A stretch of DNA of 64,000 bases from the NCBI GenBank assembly GCA_951406725.2, contig OX597816.1, positions 129,890,001-129,954,000 of the forward strand, in the 5' to 3' direction. Within the stretch, counting starts at the first letter, position 1. Every line of letters begins with the position of its first letter. Under the pieces are notes generated by a model. It did not search any database. It worked only from the letters and a program-made list of their open reading frames with translations, and was not told the origin of the DNA. Positions 40,866 through 53,639 of this stretch are shown piece by piece. The translations under genes and the position numbers were made by a program. The stretch is from Octopus vulgaris. Lineage: Eukaryota.

Positions 40866-41210
40866 TAATAATACTAAAGCGTTAGAAGATGTATGTTTGT
40901 TCCCGAAATATCTCAGAAATAGTATATTTTATCTCAATTGTTTTACATATATATTTTCATACTTTATCCAGTGCGAGGTTTTCTGGTATTTTGACCTCTA
41001 TTTATTAATGAATTGGATTAAATACAATTTTTGTTTGTTATATCTTGACAAAATAAACATGGCTTCCGTGATGTCAACACACATACAGAATGCACACATA
41101 TAATGAATGTCATGGCTTGTGAATCAGCACAGACGTACACTATCTGTGACATACACACACATAGTCTTCGCTTTCTCTCTCTCTCTCTCACTGAGAAAAA
41201 GTCGACTCTT

Positions 41211-41787
41211 TAACGTACACAGTATTTTAATTATTTAAAAATATTATTAAGAGCATGTGTTTTCAAAAATGTAAGTTGTTTGTACAGTAAGTATGTATAT
41301 TTTAGCTTTCTTTAAACAGACAATATTTTAATGGGTTTTTTTTTATTATTTTCAAGTGAATGCCATTACAAAAATTGGGGGGGTGTGCATATTTTAAAAT
41401 GAAAATGACTTTAAAAATACGGTAACTATTTCGTAAAAGACCCGTTCGTAACCTCAGTGTGAAATAATTTTTTCCATAGGTTTGTTTTGAGTGTATTCAA
41501 CGTATCTTACCTCCAAAGATTTGGCTGCTATTTCCAGCACGCCCTGCTACAACGTAACAGCTATTTGCGATTAAGGACACAGAATACTTATGTGGTAGCA
41601 GGGCGTGCAAAAAATAGCAGCCAAATCTTTCCTTTTCTGGGGAAAGGAACCGTTTACACGTGATTTTGATGTCGCATTCGTTGAAAGCATGCGAAATAAC
41701 CTGGAAAAGAAAAGACCCACGAAACAAAACTCCGTTGTTGAGTAACTCAGATTTTCCAGGTGACCCAACGGGTCACGGCTAGTCTAG
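41211..41787 (+). mobile_element. Helitron-like element 3' part (copy 2, intronic)
   Basis: Perfect hairpin GTGACCC-AAC-GGGTCAC followed by CTAGTCTAG|T. Confidence 0.7.
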
Positions 41788-41969
41788 TATAAATATATTT
41801 ATATATATAATTAGTTTAATATTCATTTTTACACATATATATATATAATACTATTTATTTCGTACTTTATTTAGTTCTAGGTAAATGTTTTATCGTATCT
41901 TTAATTTTTTTCTATATGGTATGATTTAATTATATCATTGTTGAATTGCTACATAGTGGTTATTCTCTA

Positions 41970-42060
<91 letters not shown>

Positions 42061-42454
42061 CATGTGTGTGTGTATGCTAGCCCCACTTCACTATTAAGTT
42101 TTCATGGTAACACGTGTCGCTGGGTATTTCCTCCTTAGTCACGTACCAGTTTCTATGCGAAGAGTTACTAAAAGTCGTCATAATTTACCTCAACCTATCA
42201 ATGTTATTAAGATTTACGCAACCCACTTTGTCATTATACTGACATACTTTGTTTCCCTAGCCACTTCAAAATTTTAGGCGAGACTTTATTCGCCTAAAGT
42301 CTAATCCACTCAAGTAAAAGCGGCTCCAAAACAACTTTTTAAAGATGCTTCGCCCCAAAATGTTGTTTCCGCTTGCAACGGCATACAGTATATTCTACTG
42401 ATAGTTAATTGGATATATTTTTAACGATAGCAATCTGTGTGTGTGTGTGTGTTA

Positions 42455-42980
42455 AAAGATATGAATGATGGAGAAAAATGAATTTATTTAACAACACACA
42501 ATTGAAAAATCACAAATTTGGGTGCTACTTTGGCGTGTAATCTGCAACCTCGCTGCTGCCAAACTTGCGTAATCTACGTGCTTATTTTAATTATTATATT
42601 GTTTATTCTTAATTTCTTATCATTATTTACTAAAACATAAATGAAACATGGCTTTATTATTATTAAACTAGTAAGAATTTTGAAAAACCTCATTTACAAT
42701 GCTAAGTATGTTCAGAAGAATTTATTGTAAAAAATCTTTAGCCAACATCATAAAGGTTTTTAGAAACTGAAAAGTAAACTAAAAGGTAACCCAAAGTAAT
42801 CACTCTTTAAGTTATAGATCACACGCCAAAGTAGCACCCAAATTTGTTTCAGTAGCCCAAACATGTAAAATAGCTTATATTATGGTATTTAACAATAAAC
42901 AAGTTACTCACTTTTCTGTATTAATTCGAAATACGAAAAGTTAAATAAATTCATCATTTTTCTCCATCACTTATATCTTT
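42455..42980. repeat. Inverted-repeat (MITE/foldback-like) element in intron
   Basis: CAAATTTGGGTGCTACTTTGGCGTGT pairs with ACACGCCAAAGTAGCACCCAAATTTG; outer arms TGATGGAGAAAAATGA and TCATTTTTCTCCATCA. Confidence 0.85.
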
Positions 42981-43149
42981 ATATTCTTTTTTTTTCTTTT
43001 CTTTTCTCGTGTTATATTACCATATTCTCTATAAGGTTTCTGCTATGACAAGCTAAGGAGCTTTTTATGAATACTACTAGATTACTACATCTTGATATAT
43101 ATATATATATGATTCAAAATATGACCGCGTGTGTACTGTTGGCGATTTT

Positions 43150-43328
43150 TTCCTCCGTCTTCCCTTCTCTGGATCTTTCCTTTTCCTATGTTTCTGACAA
43201 AGAGCTCCGCTCGAAACGTTAAACCCTCTTTCTTCCCTTCCTTCCTGAGCGTCCAATAATACTATATTTGTTCCACGTCTTCGCGTTGTTGTGTTTTCTC
43301 TTTGTGTTTTCATGTTTGGATTAACTTT
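43150..43328 (+). mobile_element. Penelope-type terminal repeat fragment with minimal hammerhead motif (copy B)
   Basis: GTTT-CTGACAA-A-GAGC-TCC-GCTC-GAAAC-GTT-AAAC at 43190-43224; (TA)n tracts on both sides. Confidence 0.65.
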
Positions 43329-43825
43329 ATATATATATGCACACTATAAAACAATAAATTTTTATTGAATTTAACCCTTAGTAATGGATTAATCATTATC
43401 TAAATGACAAAGTCTATTTTTTAAAAGGCAGGGTAGGGAAAACACCTTTTAATTTTAAATGTGAAATGCAGCGTGTCGGTGGGTGAGTCTTTTTTTTGCC
43501 ATTATGTATTCATTCACGGTAAACCTATATCTAATCTTGCGATTAGTTAGATTATGCTTCGTTGATGAGGTCTAGGTCTAATAAGATAGAAATATGGCCA
43601 GAGTTGTCTCTGCATTGCTGAAGATCAGATTCACTCCTCGTAATGAAATCCATATTGCCATTTTAATTTAATTTTCAGGACTGACTTCCCTTTTTATTTT
43701 TAATCGACAGTACTAGTCATTTAAATATTGATTGTAGCCATCGCTAAAGGTATAATTTTAGTTAGAATTTCTTGTCTTTACTACACAAGTATGCGAGCAC
43801 CGTCTTTACTGATGTTTTTTTTTTT

Positions 43826-44025
43826 TTTGTTTCAGTCATTTGACTGCAGCCATTCTGAGCACCATCTTAAAGGGGTTTAATCGATGAAATCGCCCCCAGG
43901 TTTTATTCTTTGTAAGCCTAGTATTTATTCTATCGGTCTTTTTTGCCGAACCGCTAAGTTACAGGGGCATAAACACACCAGCATCAGTTGTCAAGCGATT
44001 GCGAGGGGACAAACACATACACACA

Positions 44026-44072
<47 letters not shown>

Positions 44073-44233
44073 GACAGTCTTTTTCAGTTTCCGTCTACCA
44101 AATCCACTCACAAGGATTTGGTAGGCCCGAGGCTATAATAGAAGATACTTACCCGAGATGCCATGCAGTGGGACTGAACCCGGAGCCATGTAGTTGGAAA
44201 GCAAGCTTCTTACAACACAGACACGCCTGTGCG
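43826..44233 (-). mobile_element. SINE family A, full-length intronic copy
   Basis: Reverse-complement homology to 1122-1538 along its length. Confidence 0.85.
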
Positions 44234-44236
44234 TAG

Positions 44237-44270
<34 letters not shown>

Positions 44271-44857
44271 TAATTAAACAACATTATTAAAGAATTTTGT
44301 CGCCTTAAATGTCTGATGCACTTTTTGATACCTCGAATTAATCATATCATTTGATACTTTAAATGGTTTAATATTTGCATTTACGAAACGTATATACTTT
44401 GTCCGTTCATAGCAGGATGCCCGTGTTTTATGAATTGGGGCGTGGGAAAATACAATTGAGAACCACTACTTTCATGCGACGTCACCAATTTATCCGTATC
44501 TCTTTGTATCGTTTCTGCCATCCACCGTCGCCATCTTATCCATCTCTCTGTAGGTTCAGCCACCTATGCCCCTCCACTAAACTAATAATTATTATTATTT
44601 CTAGTATACCTCATACTGCTATGGTCATCATTTTGAGGTCGATGTAATGGACTTGCTCCTCCTCTCAAAATTGCTAGGCTCGTGCTAAAATAAGAAAGCA
44701 TTATTTTTGGTATTTGCACAATGCATCAATCTTTTGTTTTGGAGAAGAGCAGTTATAGTAGAATTTCACCAACTTTAGCCCTCAATTTTATCCCAAAAGT
44801 TGCAGGGTAAATTCAACCCAAGCGTGGTTTGAGATCAAAACATTAAGAATTCTAACT

Positions 44858-45310
44858 TGTGACCCCGCTTCGTTCATGAATGACCATGGGATTGCACCTA
44901 GAATGTTACCCTCCGAGGCACAAGTCTGGGCAAGGTTGTTTATGGAAGACCAGCAGTCGCCCACGCATACCAGCATCCCCTCTCCACGCCACCGATGTTA
45001 TCCACAGACATGTGGATAACACTCCACAGACATGTGTACCCTTAATGTAGTTCTTGGGGAAATTCAGTGTGACACAGAGTGTGACAAGACTGGCCCTTTG
45101 AAATACAGGTACGACAGAAACAGGAAAAAGAGTGAGAGAAAGTTGTGGTGAAAGAGTACAGTGGGATTCACCACCACTCCCTGCCAGAGCCTCGCGGAGC
45201 TTTAGGTTTTTTCGCTCAATAAACACTTACAATGCCCGGTCTAGGAATCGAAACCGCGATCCTACGACCGCAAGTCCGCTGCCCTAACCACTGGGCCATT
45301 GCGCTTCCAC
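44858..45310 (-). mobile_element. tRNA-derived SINE, family C, with alternative 3' tail and 13-bp TSD
   Basis: AAGAATTCTAACT at 44845-44857 and 45311-45323; 45005-45310 is homologous to 57471-57770. Confidence 0.85.
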
Positions 45311-45611
45311 AAGAATTCTAACTAAATATCACAAAACACCTTTCCGAAGCATAAGGATAAAGGCAGGTGAGATGAGAGGAGGAGAAACTTTCATTCAAAC
45401 CTAAGGGACAGAATGTTCTGGAAGCGAATGTGGTGCGTTGTTCTTTTGCTTCGGGAACGAACAAGTCGAATGTCGAGAAATGGTTAATGGGGTGGCCAGG
45501 TGTATTAAAATGGTGGACTAGGACGAAGAAAAACTTCCCTCTGTGTGTCTTTTCTCGTTGTAAGTTTTTGTCCAGAACGTCAGAAACTCCTCTCCTGAAA
45601 GCTTACAAACT

Positions 45612-45650
<39 letters not shown>

Positions 45651-45874
45651 CGCGCGATGATTTGTCACCGACCTTCTGTTCCCAACACATCCAGCGGGAA
45701 AACATTAAAAAGAAGTACATTCTGACTTCTTCTATATCACCCCTGCGCGCCATTGATACTGTTCTGGAAAGAGTGGGAGGCTGCTTCTATTGTTTCAAAC
45801 TATCCTTAAATGAAATGAAAACCACTCTGGGAAATTAAACTCCTTTTATCCACCTCATCGTTATCATCCTTCCT

Positions 45875-45922
<48 letters not shown>

Positions 45923-46741
45923 CATTCCCTGTACTCTCATCATTTCCCTGTAACTTGCTTTTCGTTAGTGTGTTCTTTCTTTCAGAAAAATATAGAAATA
46001 ATTTTGAAAATTATTCTCCTCTCCCAACCTTTTCCCTGACTTCCTGGACCACGTCATTCACCCCGTTATCGTTTAATGTAGCAAACACCCCTCAAATTGA
46101 TGCTTGCCTGCTTATAAGATTGCCAATGTAGTTTTACAGGAGAGTTGAAATCAGGAAAAAAAAAGTGGTTTCATCTAATTCATAATTTAATTTTTGACTC
46201 CTTCTTAGCTATCTACAACATCCTCACTCACTCTCTCATTCTCTCCACTTTAACGTTTTTGTTTGTTTTTTGGTGGGGGTGCATATATGTTTTTGGCCTT
46301 CTTTTTTTTAATATAGAAAGTATTTAAAGAATGAATGATGTAGAATTCCTTTGGTGGTGTCTAAAAAAGATGGCAAGAGCTAAAGAAGTAGTAAAAGGGC
46401 GTTTTGAAATAGTGGATTATTATTGTATCAATTTGTTCATTTTGAAAGACAGATAAACAGTTGCTAAGAAAAAATAATTTTATAAAATGGCGTCAACTAA
46501 CAACTACTTCTACCAGCACTACTACTAGCAGCGCCTTTCCATCCCTGTTTCCATAAATTGGTAGGGCTTATTGCACTAAGACAAAACCGCTATTTTATTT
46601 ATTTACTTAACATTCCTCATATTATCAAGAAAACGAGAAAGAACCAGTTGGGAGCGGCTGGTAGAATTAATTTCTATTTCCTCATCTTGTTCGCTTCTTT
46701 CCATTGCTTTCCTAGACATATGTTGGAATTGTATGAATTTT

Positions 46742-46797
<56 letters not shown>

Positions 46798-46799
<2 letters not shown>

Positions 46800-47450
46800 C
46801 ACAGGCGTAACTGTCTGGTAAGAAATTTACTTCCCAGCCACATAGCTCCGGGTTCAGTCCCACGATGTGGCACCTTAGGCAAGCGTCTTCTTCTATAACC
46901 CCAGGCTGAACAAAGCCTTGTGAGTGGATTTAGTAGACGGGAACTGAAAGAAGCCCATTGGGTTTACTTAGTACTTCTTTAGCTTTTACCGTCGACATGA
47001 TCAACATTTAACGTCCACTTTTCATGCTGGCATGGGTTGGACAGTCTGACAGGAACTGACAAAGCCAGGAGTCTCTTTTAGCTTGGTTTCTATGGCTGGA
47101 TGCCCTTCCTAACAACCACTTTATAGAGCGTACTGGGTGCTTTTTACAAGTAACATTACCAGTGTTTTTACATGGCACCAGCACCCTATATATGTGTGTC
47201 TGTCCGTGTATGTATCTGCACGCGCCCGCATATGTAAATATCTGTTTGTGTTTGTCCACATCACGCTTGACAATCAGCATTGGTTTGTTTATGTCCCCAT
47301 AACTTGGCGGGTAGGCAAAGGAGACTGATAGAATAAGTACCAGGCTTTAAAACAATGCGCACTGGAGTCGATTTGTTCAACTAAGCCTTTTCAAAGCAGT
47401 GCACTAGCATGGCCACAGTCAAATGACTAAAGCAAGCGAAAGATAAAAGA
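46798..47450 (+). mobile_element. SINE family A with a nested antisense RTE-tail SINE (about 47000-47185)
   Basis: Head and 3' part match 1122-1538; the middle matches the reverse complement of 213-430. Confidence 0.75.
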
Positions 47451-47965
47451 TGAGTGCAAAAGGTTCTCGAACCACGTCATGTATTGCAAACAAGCACATA
47501 TCACAATTCGCCACTCTACTTTAACACCCTACGTATACAGCAATTACAACGGCAGACTCTCTGGTTATTTATTAGATGAATGTTGAATAGGGGTTGTGCA
47601 ATTTAGTCTACTGTTTCAGATTGATGTCTACACTGATCGCAGGTTTCTAGACTGCACAGCTTCCTTCCCCTCACATCTCTCTGAACTTTTCGGGAAACTA
47701 AATCTTAATATAATGTTTCCAGCAAGAAATCCCTACAAATGTCATATTATAGAAGTGATTGAAGTTAGTGAGAAAAACTTCATTCGGTGTAGTTCTGCTT
47801 GTGATGTGACACCTGAACAATTCCATCCTGATTTTTATTCAACCGGAGGTCAGAATCGATCTATACCTCTTGTGTGCTGTAAGGAGAGAGAGAGAGAGGA
47901 AGATGTGGACTATAGCATTTCAAGCAAGATCAGAGCTTCACTAGTTTTATTGCAGTTTTTCTTTG

Positions 47966-48020
<55 letters not shown>

Positions 48021-48394
48021 TCTTCGTTTGTTTTCTCCATACGGCTTAGTGGTTAGGGGGGATTGCAGTGATAACTGTACGATTGTAGTTTCGATTCCTG
48101 GATCAAGCGATGCGTTGCGTTCTTGAGCAAAACGCTTCATTTCACATTGCTCCAGTACACCTAACTGGTAAAAATGAGTAATCCTGCGACGGACAAGTGT
48201 GATGGTAGCTCAGGAAAATCATCAGAATGGAGTTCTCGCGAACCACGTCTTTATATTCAGCGATCGAAAAGACGAATAGTACGACCAAATGAAGCACCAT
48301 GAATGAAAAAGAATGGAAGTCGATTGTACTGTAAATACTTCCGGTATGTTGACAATGGAGGCTTTCTATTGGCTAAAGCTACATAACTTGAATG

Positions 48395-48506
48395 AAGGCA
48401 TGGGCAACCTTTTTCTAGGAGGACGCACTACTGAACAAAAATTAAGTTAGTTTTTCGTTAGACATTCCGTTCAGAAAGCAGCGCAGGTCACAGTTTGCCC
48501 ATGACT
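48395..48506. mobile_element. hAT-type MITE
   Basis: TIRs AGGCATGGGCAA and TTGCCCATGACT. Confidence 0.55.
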
Positions 48507-49914
48507 ACTTTAAAGACTTGTTGATTTTTATTATTAATTTCGGGAGTAAATGAAAGTAATTTTCGTAATCAATATGCAACACTACATCAGTGCAGAAATT
48601 TATTTAATTTTAATTCTAGCAGTAGAAAGAATTTTTTAAAAAATCCCATATACCAAGAGAGCATCTACGTGGTCGCTTGGTACACTAGATATAGATAGTA
48701 GCCAAATTTCTCTTAAATTACACCGCACTGTCCTTAAATTGGACAGTATGGTATAATTTGGAAATGGTCTTAAATATCTCCAAAGAAAAAACTGATTCAA
48801 CATAGATCTGATCGATTACGGTTGATGTGGAGATAAATAACAGTTTATCCTTTACAAATGTGAGTCTTGCGCCAATATATTTATTCTCTCTATCGTGTTC
48901 CTCCAGTTTAGTACACGCTACCGTTATTTTGAAAATGGCCGACATATTGACACAATGTTACAATGTATGTTAGCTCCGTATACAACATGCTAAGATAGTA
49001 AGTTTATTTATCCAAAGGAATACAGTAAACGTAAACAATTATCGGTAATGTATAAGTAATTTCACCTATACATTTTCAATCATTTTCTAGTGGCTGGGGG
49101 TAGCGGGACGACGTGTCTATCTCGTTGCCCATCATAGGTCGTGGTGGTACAGAATACCAAATGTGCTGCTAACGGAAACTGCCCCGTGTAAATATTAAAA
49201 GCCATGCTACTTTTATTTATATTTAAATTTGCATTTTATCACTCGCGCGCGTATGTATATATGTTATGTATATGGTTTGTTTTTTTATATGTTTTATGTT
49301 TTAAGAATGTAATTCTATATTTATGGTTCGTTTAAAAACAATTTGCTTCTTCTCGTGTACATATTACATACTTTAACTACGCATTAAAGATCATTTATTC
49401 GAATATGTCTTATTTCTTGTTTATGAAATAATTTTATACATACATACATACAGAGATACACACGCATGCATATGTGTGTGTGTGTGTGTGTGTGTGTAAC
49501 AGAAGATTAGAACATTTTTGGTACTATTTGTTCACCATTACATATGTTTCGTTTGCTAATAGGAGTTACAAAATTGTACATGTAGTAGAAAACATGTGAG
49601 ATATCTCCTATTATAAATTCTTCAGACAGAGAATAAAATAGTAAACATTTTGCGCTTGGATGAAGCGTTTATATATATTTAGTAATCAGGAGTCCTTTAG
49701 ACAGTTAAAGGGGAGAAAAACATATCTAGTAATCTAGAAAAGGGGGAAGGGGTTACTGAATAAAGTAGTGTACACATATACACAATTATGCATATTCTCA
49801 CACACACACACCACATAAATATAACATCTACATACGGATTTGGAATACTGTAATAAGCAGATGTACTTCAAGAGGATACAGCTTGGATGTTCACCCGATC
49901 TACATACACAGTCT

Positions 49915-49975
<61 letters not shown>

Positions 49976-50417
49976 TCACTGACGCACGCACACACTTGCG
50001 CGCTTTTGGTAGCCAATGCAGGTTAAGATTTCTGCATGGCTTCGTCGGAGGGGGAAGGGCAGCAACCATGATTCTTTTTAGTACCTCCATGAAAGGAAGA
50101 ATGGAAATTATCCCCAAACCGGAGTCCTGGCTCAAATGCGGACAACTTTATGAATGAAGCTTTTTTGATTGATTTTTCTTTTTCTTTCTTCTTCACAACA
50201 AACGGAATTTAGAAAAATCCCTTATGGATTTTAATCGAAAATATTAGTTGTTAAAGTGACTACATTCTCTTTTTACAAGAACTAATATTCCATCTTTGTG
50301 CTTGATCTTAATATCGTGTTAGACCCTATGAATGATACCTAAACCAGGTTTGTCTCTATATTTATGTTCCCGTGGATACATTTTTATAAACGCCTCTCAT
50401 ATTTTTTTCTTTTACAG

Positions 50418-50858
50418 TTGACTCTTTGGGATACAGGCGGAATGGAAAGAATGAGCTTCATTGGTTCCAGCTACTATCGAGGAGCAGACGCTGCTCTTTT
50501 GTGTTACAGTTGTGAGAAGCGAGAAACCTTTACCATTCTTTCACAGTATATATTGGACGTTGTAATGAACGCTGAAGGTGCGAAGATCTTTTTGTGTGGT
50601 AATATGTGTGGAGATGAGTCAGAAAGTGCTGTCACTGAAGCCGACGTGGAAAACTTTAAAGAAGAATGCGACGGTGTCTTATCTGGAGTTTACAAGGTCT
50701 CCAGCCACGATAACAAAAGTATTCTGGACATGTTTGAAGATATAGCCCGCGTTATGCATGATCTGCAAGTTGACCGCATTTCTAGTGGTGGCTTTATGCT
50801 CGTACCAGCTACCGACGAACTTGCCTATAACAAGAAAAAGAAATGTTTGCTTTTGTAA
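50418..50858 (+). CDS. RabX6: RabX6-like small GTPase, coding exon 2 (146 aa plus stop)
   Basis: Acceptor ttttttcttttacag| joins in frame to LTLWDTGGMER...SSYYRGA...LSQYILDVVMNAEGAKIFLCGN... and ends KKKKCLLL*. WDTGGMER, LSQxxLDxV and AKIFLCGN match my recollection of the invertebrate RabX6 family; orthology was not tested. Confidence 0.9.
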   Translation: MTLWDTGGMERMSFIGSSYYRGADAALLCYSCEKRETFTILSQYILDVVMNAEGAKIFLCGNMCGDESESAVTEADVENFKEECDGVLSGVYKVSSHDNKSILDMFEDIARVMHDLQVDRISSGGFMLVPATDELAYNKKKKCLLL

Positions 50859-51765
50859 ATTTGAGGAAAAAAGAGAAGAGAATGAAAGAAAGAATGATTA
50901 AAGAATGAGAGAATGGTTACTATAAAGAGGTTTAAAAACTTCTCACAGACTTTGTGTTGAAATGTTTTATCACTCTTTCAGAAAGAGAATTTGATTTTTC
51001 AATGAAAAATGGACTACCCTCATTATGCAGTCGACTAAACTCTTGCTGCTGTCCTCACACTCCAATTAACCACAATATTACCATTCAACCACATTTCTAT
51101 TTTACAGGACAGCTCTTTTGAAGTCACTGGTATAAAGTCTTTTAGACTTGCATTCTTTCAGAATTCAGTTGGACTGATACTAAGAGTTGTTTTCGAACCA
51201 TTTCTTTGTCATCACATTTTTTTTTCTTCAGATATTTCTATTTGGATTCATCTGTATTTAACCCTTTTCTTTCCAGCCCATTTTATGTTTATTCAGCAGT
51301 AAGATATCATTTGCCTTAAATGAAATCATTCGCATCATAAACCTTTTCATAATATATACACATTGCCAAAATATTGTCTCGTGATGGAGAAGGAATGAAC
51401 TATCTGAAAAATAAGAAAAAGACATCGTAATTAGCCAAATGCATGACGTCATAAATGACCAAATCAATGACGTCATATAACCACGTAAATCTTTTTTTGT
51501 AATGCTGAACTCAAAACAATATGCCTTCTGGAATAGTAGTCACTTTGATGTTATTCTTTTCATATTTACTAACATTTATGTCAGAAAATTAAATATTTTC
51601 CTAACAGTTTTCATCTGTATCAATTTTCACTCTTTTCTGCATAATTATCAAAAATAATTTTATACATAAAGATGAGATTAAACTGGATTGTTTAATATCG
51701 AAAACCCAAGCTTTTTTATAACTAATTTATCTCCATCGACATCATTCATAAATCAAGTTCACTGT

Positions 51766-52010
51766 AATAAAAGATTATTCTTTTGACGTGGTGATATTGA
51801 AAAGGGTCATTACATTCATTTAATGTGATCACCCATAAATATTAACTATCTAACAAGAATACTGCATACATCTATATTTGCAATGTTCAATATATGCATT
51901 GTTAAAATCGATAACATCCTGCATTGTCATGTCAATAAAAGGCAAAATATTTTTCTTTCAACACATAATTAATATTATCGAGCGTTGATGAAAAGGTTTT
52001 ATTGAATAAA
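51766..52010 (+). terminator. Candidate polyadenylation signals of the Rab gene
   Basis: AATAAA at 51766, 51934 and 52005, at the end of about 1.1 kb of repeat-free sequence after the stop codon. Confidence 0.4.
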
Positions 52011-53375
52011 AAGCCACGTGCGCTTATATGTACAGTATATGAACCGTTGGACGTTCCCCTTTATCCCTAATTTTTTGTGGCTTAGTCAAAGGAGTAAGGA
52101 CTACGTTTTTGGGCCCTTCTCAAGGCCTCCGAGATTTGTTGGATGATGAGGAAAAAGTTATTTTCGAACCAAAAGTCTAGGTTGAATGCTTGCGACAGAC
52201 GTCCAATGCAGGTTTTAAGCCGAACGATAGATTAAGTTTACAGCTTAAATTAGTAAATTAACCTCCTTAAAGTAGAATTTGAAAAACTGTTTTGAAAGAA
52301 GAGGGGATTATTTTTTTTAAGAATCTTACATGAGTTTGGAAAAAAACAGGAATTCGGACTGTTATTTCTTTACGTAGTTCAGCATCAGGACGATTACTTG
52401 TGTCTAATAAAGAGAATGCATCATAGATATAATGATTTTGTTTCATTAAGTTGTGTAGAGGAGGACTCTCTCCAATATATTCGTGACGATTATCATTTAG
52501 GTGTAATGGGCAACATATGCATCAACTGGATTTGTACTCATAACAGTGATGCACCAGAATAGAAAATGTAAAATAGAAAATAGAAAATATCTAAGCAATC
52601 GTTATCCAGTTTGTCAGTTTAAAATATTATCACGCTTCTCACTGGCGAAAAAGAAAGAGGCGAATGTAACCCTTACATGTTTACAATTTGTAGTCATTCC
52701 TTGCGCCTTTGATCGGAATATCTATTAAAACCGAAACAAGAGTAAAATATTTAATTACATGTAATAATAGTACTTTGGTTTGTGTCACTATGGAAACATA
52801 ATGGTTTTGCATGGCTCTGCAGGAATATCAAATATCTTGCTGCTAAAATGACAGGAGAAACATTATTTTCGTATACCCCATGACTCAGTGTTTTTCATTG
52901 CTAAACTTTACAGACGATAAACTAAATTACATCACAACTTCATTATATGAAATGATATTCAAATTATTCCAGCCATAATCGTTAATCACAGCTCCAGCTT
53001 AGTTTTAACCATTGCGACCAGTGTAATCTACACTCCGTTTCTGAACAAAATAAATTGTTTGTTCTATTAAGTAGCCTTTCCTTTTAAAAAATTTCTTTTC
53101 TCCAGGTTACCTAACATGATTTTGATTTATACTGTCCGTATGGGTCGTTATTACCTCATCATGGGACTACTTCTCTGAATTCCGTTAGTTCTGCGTTCTA
53201 TCACAATCCATTCTCTCCCATTAGTTGTTCTGTTGCCACGTAACATTTACTTAGTGCCTTATATGAGAGTACAACACTCTAAGTTGAATATAAATTCACA
53301 GACTACAGATGAGAGGCCAACATCTCTATTTGATTCTTGAAAAAATCATCCGCTTGGTTTTGTTAACCCATACCA

Positions 53376-53425
<50 letters not shown>

Positions 53426-53639
53426 TTGAAGGCTATGTGCTGTTACTTTACGAATTATAGAGATGTGTGTGTATGTGATTATGAGATTTAATCTAAGGCG
53501 TTTGAAACTCATCCGACCGTATAAAAACCTTCGTTTTATTTCGTACCACTTATCTCAGATCTGAACTATATTGTTCTACTAATGTGTGTGTGTGTGTGTG
53601 TGTGTACACATGAGTGGGTGAAACATAAACATCAGAAAT

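Noticed and set aside
40741-40920. ATGAAGGAA...TTCCCGAAATATC resembling a split hammerhead around (TA)n
   Set aside because: The core is degenerate and stem I does not pair.
47596-48126. 176-aa ORF as an extra Rab exon
   Set aside because: No recognisable domain, it includes a (CT)n tract and a SINE head, and the two Rab exons already give a complete G domain.
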